NCBI GenBank assembly: GCA_963801355.1
Contig: CAWDEM010000008.1
Location: forward strand, 2,880,001 to 2,944,000
Direction of reading: 5' to 3'
Source of the DNA: Ignavibacteriota bacterium
GTDB lineage: Bacteria > Bacteroidota > Ignavibacteria > UBA10030 > UBA6906
Length of the DNA: 64,000 bases
The position numbers were made by a program, and so were the translations under genes. Shown piece by piece: positions 59,763-64,000 of this stretch (positions are counted from its first letter, which is position 1; each line of letters begins with the position of its first letter). The notes under the pieces were generated by a model. That model had not been told where the DNA came from, made no database searches, and saw only the letters and a list, made by a program, of their open reading frames with translations.

Positions 59763-61084
59763 CGGGTCTCCTGCTGCACAGCACTCTCCGCCGGCAGTTT
59801 CCTCAAACGCAGACTTTTGATCTTGATCCCGTCAACCGCTTCAACAATCCCCTGCCATCCGCCGAGACGCAGCGCTGTGCCGCGCTCGGGTATACGGCCG
59901 AAGGTGTGAGTGAGGTACCCATTGACGGTGACCGCATCGGTGGATGTCGGCACGATCGAGAACTGGCGGGAGAAATCCAGCATCGGCATCGTGCCGTCAA
60001 CAATGAACTCGGTCTCGCTGATTTTTTGCACGTAGACAGGCTCGATGTCGAATTCGTCGCGGATCTCGCCCACCAGTTCCTCCAGAACATTTTCCAGCGT
60101 CACGAGCCCGGCCGTCCCGCCGTATTCGTCGACAGCGATGGCCATCAACACTCTCTTTGCCAGAAAAGAGTTGAGAATACGTTCCAGCGACATGCTCTCG
60201 GGCACGAACGGCATCTCCCGCTTGATGTCCAGCAGGCGGGTCCCGGGTCCGGTCTCCCCCTTCAGCTTGATGAGATCCTTCAGGTGCACCATGCCCACCA
60301 CGTTGTCCAGATTCCGGTCGCACAGCGGGTAACGCGTGAACTGGGTGTCGATAGCCACTGCCAGATTCTGTTCAATCGTCTTGTTCGTGTCGAGCACGGC
60401 CACATTGGTGCGCGGGACCATCACCTGACGGACGGTCCGGTCGCGGAGTTCAATTGCCCGGAGGGAAATGCTCTTGCCGGTGGACGTGATGGCTTTCCCC
60501 TTGCTCAGCATCAGCCGGAGTTCCTCTTCCGTTTGCGCCATTTCGTGCTCGCCGACCGGTGAGACGCCGATGAGGCGGAGAAACGTGTTTGCGCTCTTGT
60601 TCAGAAACCAGATGAAGGGCCGGAACAACCGAAAAAACAGATCCAGTGGCCGGGCTATTGCGAGGGTTGTGGACCGGGCATATTGAATCGCCAGCCACTT
60701 CGGGGATTGCTCCCCAAGCACGATATGGAGATATGTGATAACCGTGAATCCCAGGGCAAACGCAACCGTATGGACGACTGCGGACTCCGCGATCCCCAGG
60801 AACCCGAAGAGGGGCATCAATATTCCGGCCACAAACGGTTCGCCGATCCAGCCCAGCCCGAGGCTCGTCATGGTGACTCCCAGCTGGCAAGCGGAGAGGT
60901 AGGAGTCAAGATGGCCAATAATGTGTTGCGACAGCTGTGCACGCCGCGAGCCTATTTTAGCCAGAGGTTCAATTTGTGTCGATCTCACCTTGACGATCGC
61001 GAACTCAGCGGCAACAAAGAAGCCGTTGAGAACCACGAGAGCCAGGATACCGAACGCCGTTACGAAAACCTCTGTAAAGCTCAT
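59759..61084 (-). CDS. CNNM/CorB-type (DUF21-CBS-CorC/HlyC) Mg2+/Co2+ transport family protein
   Basis: NGFFVAAEFA, CQLGVT, VLGEQSPK, VMVPR, TRYPL, VDEYGGTAGLVTLENVLEELVGEI; GGAGG RBS. Confidence 0.92.
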   Translation of the reverse strand: MSFTEVFVTAFGILALVVLNGFFVAAEFAIVKVRSTQIEPLAKIGSRRAQLSQHIIGHLDSYLSACQLGVTMTSLGLGWIGEPFVAGILMPLFGFLGIAESAVVHTVAFALGFTVITYLHIVLGEQSPKWLAIQYARSTTLAIARPLDLFFRLFRPFIWFLNKSANTFLRLIGVSPVGEHEMAQTEEELRLMLSKGKAITSTGKSISLRAIELRDRTVRQVMVPRTNVAVLDTNKTIEQNLAVAIDTQFTRYPLCDRNLDNVVGMVHLKDLIKLKGETGPGTRLLDIKREMPFVPESMSLERILNSFLAKRVLMAIAVDEYGGTAGLVTLENVLEELVGEIRDEFDIEPVYVQKISETEFIVDGTMPMLDFSRQFSIVPTSTDAVTVNGYLTHTFGRIPERGTALRLGGWQGIVEAVDGIKIKSLRLRKLPAESAVQQETR

Positions 61085-61124
61085 TCTCCTCCGGAAGGCC
61101 GTGGGACTGAGAATCGAATCGCCG

Positions 61125-61157
61125 ACAAAAGTTACACGAAATGCGGGGGGAAAGCAA
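61125..61157 (-). promoter_or_regulatory. sigma70-type promoter of the CNNM-HK-RR operon
   Basis: TTGCTT-17 nt-TAACTT. Confidence 0.45.
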
Positions 61158-61164
61158 GGTAACC

Positions 61165-61189
61165 AATTGTGGATAGTGGATCCACAATT
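61165..61189. terminator. Hairpin built from heptamer units after the GH13 gene
   Basis: AATTGTGGAT-agtgg-ATCCACAATT. Confidence 0.45.
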
Positions 61190-63030
61190 CACAATTGATT
61201 AGTAAACACCCGGTATCCCTTCCCTCCCAGCGTTAAGGAGACTTTACCTCCCGCCGCGGGAACGGTCCAATCTAACCCGGCAAAAATCTCGCGGTATTTC
61301 AGTTTTGATCCGGAGGGGAACCCACCGGCCGCAGGCATGTGCAGCTTCACCCGTACGGGGGCGTCGCCGACGTTCACTGCAACAAACACACGTCGCTTTC
61401 CGTCAACACGCAGAAACGCAAACACTGATTTCTCCTGATCGCCCCTGACACGAATGAACTCGCCGCGAGGGAGGGCACTGTTGGTGCGCCGGAGATCGAA
61501 GAGTCTTTTGTACATGTCGCCGAGTTCGCGCGGACGCATCCAATCCACATCCACCTTTTCAAACAGACTCAGTTTCCTGTCATTCGCCACTTCTTCACCC
61601 GTATAGATCATCGGGACGCCCGGGAGCGTGTTCACCAGCACGGTCGCAAGCTTAAGACCGGCTTTCCCGAACTTCTCCACCGCCGGTGCATCCCATGCGT
61701 TCTTGTCATGGTTTGTGGTAAACCGCATGCGCAGCGCGCCGCCGGGGAACTGCATTCCTTCGGTCGTCAGTATTTGATCCAGCAGGCTGACGGGGCGCCG
61801 GCCCGAAAGGAGCGGGAGAAACGCATCGTAGACGTTCCAGGAGTAGGTGAGATCGAACGCCTTGACATGGTGTTCCGGCAGGGCTCCCTCGGAGAGCATC
61901 ATGATCGATTTGACGCTGTCCAGTTTGGCGCGGGCGGTCTCCCAGAAGTCCGTCGGCACCATCTCCGCCACATCGCACCGGAATCCGTCGATGCCGATGT
62001 CGCGCACCCAGTACAACATCATGTCGATCATATAGCGGCGGAGCCCCGCGTTGCTGTAATCGAGGTCCGCAACATCGCGCCAGTCGGCATTGGGAGCGAT
62101 GATTTCGCCTTTGACGTTTTTCGTGAACCACCCGGGGTGCTCGCCGAGAAGCTTGCTGTCCCATGACGTGTGGTTGGCCACGAGATCGATGATGAGCTTC
62201 ATGCCCTGCGCATGCACCGTGGCAAGAAGCCTGGTAAAATCGTCGAGTGTGCCGAATTCGGGATTGATCCCGTAGTAGTCCTGCACTGCATACGGGCTCC
62301 CCAGAGTTCCCTTACGGTTCTTCAGTCCCACGGGATGGATCGGCATGAGCCAGAGCGTCGTAACGCCCAGCTGCTTGAGTTCCGGGATCCGCTTTTCGAG
62401 ACCCGCGAATGTCCCTTCGGGCGAAAAAGAGCGCAGGTAGACCGAGTAGATAGCCCCGTCGCGTACCCAGTCGGCGCTCTTCCGGGGTTTCAGGTCCGCG
62501 TAGGGACTCCTGAGAAGGACGCCGATGCTCTTGCTGTCGATAAGGGTGATCGGCCTGTAGATGCCACCCCCGCCGTCGTTGTCCTTGACCAGCACGACGA
62601 TGGTGTTGTTCCCCTTCCGGACCGCGGACGCGATGTCGAGAGCAAACGGATCGCTGTACCCCGTGTGTTCACCGACGTTCTTGCCGTTCACCCAGACTTC
62701 CGCCTCGTCGTCCACCCCGGCGAAGTGGATGCTCAACGGGATATCCGTGCGACTAACCGTGAAGGTCCTGGCGAACCATCCCCAGCCGTCGTACGCCGCC
62801 ATGCCCGGGTAGCCTTCCCAGAAATTCGGCGTCACCACCTGCTGCCATGAAGCCCGATCCCGGCCTGCCGCGTACCACTCCTGCCGCACCCCCACTTTCA
62901 TCGAATCGACCATGAACCGCCATTCACCGTCAAGCGACATGCGAAGTGCGGGTTTCTGAGCAGGCGCCGTGGTCATCATCATCAGCCCTCCCACGAGGAC
63001 AATAATCGGTTTCATCGTTTTCATTGTCAT
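61189..63030 (-). CDS. Exported GH13 alpha-amylase-family enzyme with N-terminal GH2-N-like sugar-binding domain
   Basis: SLDGEWRF..FAGVDDEAEVWVNGKNVGEH..GGIYRPI; GH13 regions DLVANH, GFRCDVA, MLSEG, TNHD; start among 63030/63024/63015. Confidence 0.88.
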   Translation of the reverse strand: MTMKTMKPIIVLVGGLMMMTTAPAQKPALRMSLDGEWRFMVDSMKVGVRQEWYAAGRDRASWQQVVTPNFWEGYPGMAAYDGWGWFARTFTVSRTDIPLSIHFAGVDDEAEVWVNGKNVGEHTGYSDPFALDIASAVRKGNNTIVVLVKDNDGGGGIYRPITLIDSKSIGVLLRSPYADLKPRKSADWVRDGAIYSVYLRSFSPEGTFAGLEKRIPELKQLGVTTLWLMPIHPVGLKNRKGTLGSPYAVQDYYGINPEFGTLDDFTRLLATVHAQGMKLIIDLVANHTSWDSKLLGEHPGWFTKNVKGEIIAPNADWRDVADLDYSNAGLRRYMIDMMLYWVRDIGIDGFRCDVAEMVPTDFWETARAKLDSVKSIMMLSEGALPEHHVKAFDLTYSWNVYDAFLPLLSGRRPVSLLDQILTTEGMQFPGGALRMRFTTNHDKNAWDAPAVEKFGKAGLKLATVLVNTLPGVPMIYTGEEVANDRKLSLFEKVDVDWMRPRELGDMYKRLFDLRRTNSALPRGEFIRVRGDQEKSVFAFLRVDGKRRVFVAVNVGDAPVRVKLHMPAAGGFPSGSKLKYREIFAGLDWTVPAAGGKVSLTLGGKGYRVFTNQL

Positions 63031-63031
63031 C

Positions 63032-63206
63032 TTCAATCCCCGATCTTCACTCTTTGACCTTCAATCTTCGATCTCTAATCCTCAATCTTCGATCTTCGAT
63101 CCTCAAACTTCGATCCTCAAACTTCGATCCTCAATCTTCAATCTTCGCTCTTCAGTCTTCGGCCTTCAATCGTCGATCTTCAATCCTCAATCGTGGATCT
63201 TCAATT
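63032..63206. repeat. Heptamer tandem array, 25 units, consensus YTCRATC
   Basis: ttcaatc cccgatc ttcactc ... ttcgatc ctcaaac ttcgatc ... ttcaatt; 175 bp in unbroken 7-nt phase. Confidence 0.92.
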
Positions 63207-63216
63207 GATCTTCTTC

Positions 63217-64000
63217 TCATTCTCCCGGCCCGAACACAAACACCAATGCCAGTATCAGCAGCGTGGCCAGCTGCACACCCCGCCGCCATCGCTCACCTTT
63301 CTGCTTGATCCGCTCCCACAACCACGCCAGTCCATACATGAGAAGCAGGAGAACTGCAGTGGTAAGAAACACCTCTCCATATCCGAACTTATTGTCTGCC
63401 CAGATGCGGAACGAGAAGCCGGAGAAGATTCCGAAGATCAACAGGAGGTGCACCGCATAAACGAGGAGCGACTCCCGCCCAATGAGCGTTACGGGTGATG
63501 TGGCAGCCACCCCCTTGCGCATCTCATACCAATACATCAGTGCACAAAGGAGCAGCACGATGCCTATCCTCAATAACACGAAACTCGGGCTGAAGCGCCA
63601 GTAGTCATAGACCGGATAGACCCACCCGAGGGTCATGAGCGGGAACGCAATCAGGATCAATCCTCCCCCGATCTGCAGAAACCGGCGGACGGCCAGCGCG
63701 CTAAAACGATCCGCACCGGCCTCCCCCGCCGCGGCCTTTCCGCTGGAGAACAGATAGCCCGCAACAGCACCCGCAAAAAGAAACGCCGCCCACGGGAAGA
63801 GCGGAAAATTCGAAAAATGCAGGCCGTTCATGTACGCAGCGACCGGAGCGGGCAACACCGTCAGGAAATCGTATCCCCACATGACAGGAGTGACAAAGAT
63901 GATACCCGCAGTCATCGCCGCGGCCGCGGCATAGAGTCTTCTCTCATTCCTGAGAATCAGGAGAAGTACCTGGAGCAGAAGCAGGCTCACGGCAATGCAT
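63217..64000 (-). CDS. Multi-pass membrane protein, DUF1624 / HGSNAT-like acyltransferase (5' part outside window)
   Basis: CIAVSLL, SNFPLFPWAAFLFAG, IGRESLLVYAVHL. Confidence 0.75.
   Translation of the reverse strand, partial: CIAVSLLLLQVLLLILRNERRLYAAAAAMTAGIIFVTPVMWGYDFLTVLPAPVAAYMNGLHFSNFPLFPWAAFLFAGAVAGYLFSSGKAAAGEAGADRFSALAVRRFLQIGGGLILIAFPLMTLGWVYPVYDYWRFSPSFVLLRIGIVLLLCALMYWYEMRKGVAATSPVTLIGRESLLVYAVHLLLIFGIFSGFSFRIWADNKFGYGEVFLTTAVLLLLMYGLAWLWERIKQKGERWRRGVQLATLLILALVFVFGPGE

Noticed and set aside
59759-61084. 'Hemolysin' annotation as a toxin
   Set aside because: DUF21-CBS-CorC architecture belongs to the Mg2+ transport family
63032-63206. Repeat array as CRISPR or as a short ORF
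   Set aside because: No unique spacers and no cas genes; the ORFs are low-complexity translations of the heptamer

Overview
Gene-dense, GC-rich (roughly 60% by eye) bacterial chromosome segment. Gene content (BatA/VWA protein, exbB-exbD-exbD-tonB-pstS-TPR cluster, secreted proteins with FlgD/T9SS-like tails) combined with E. coli-like sigma70 promoters and GGAGG-type RBSs suggests an Ignavibacteria-like FCB-group organism (inference). It carries housekeeping genes (hflX, suhB, pdp, nudF, pyrE, murI, glnD, ppk1, gltA), a complete group 3d bidirectional [NiFe]-hydrogenase locus (hypAB-hoxEFUYH-hoxW-hypFCDE; hypE frameshifted in a G-run), copZ-copA, an ECF sigma factor, peptidases and a GH13 enzyme. 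No rRNA, tRNA, CRISPR array, prophage or transposase was seen. The most interesting signals are regulatory. (1) A KinB/AlgB-like two-component system sits just upstream of two TGCA-N3-TGCA sites and a consensus sigma54 promoter that heads a STAS-ExbB-ExbD-ExbD-TonB-PstS-TPR operon. (2) A paralogous STAS gene heads an operon with a membrane-anchored STAND-type adenylate cyclase and a D-Ala-D-Ala dipeptidase. (3) A second sigma54 promoter drives hoxE. (4) A SigH/SigR-like sigma factor has its own cognate promoter but no adjacent anti-sigma gene. (5) Several transcripts look leaderless. Two frameshifts may be assembly errors. All family calls come from motif recognition; no database searches were run.
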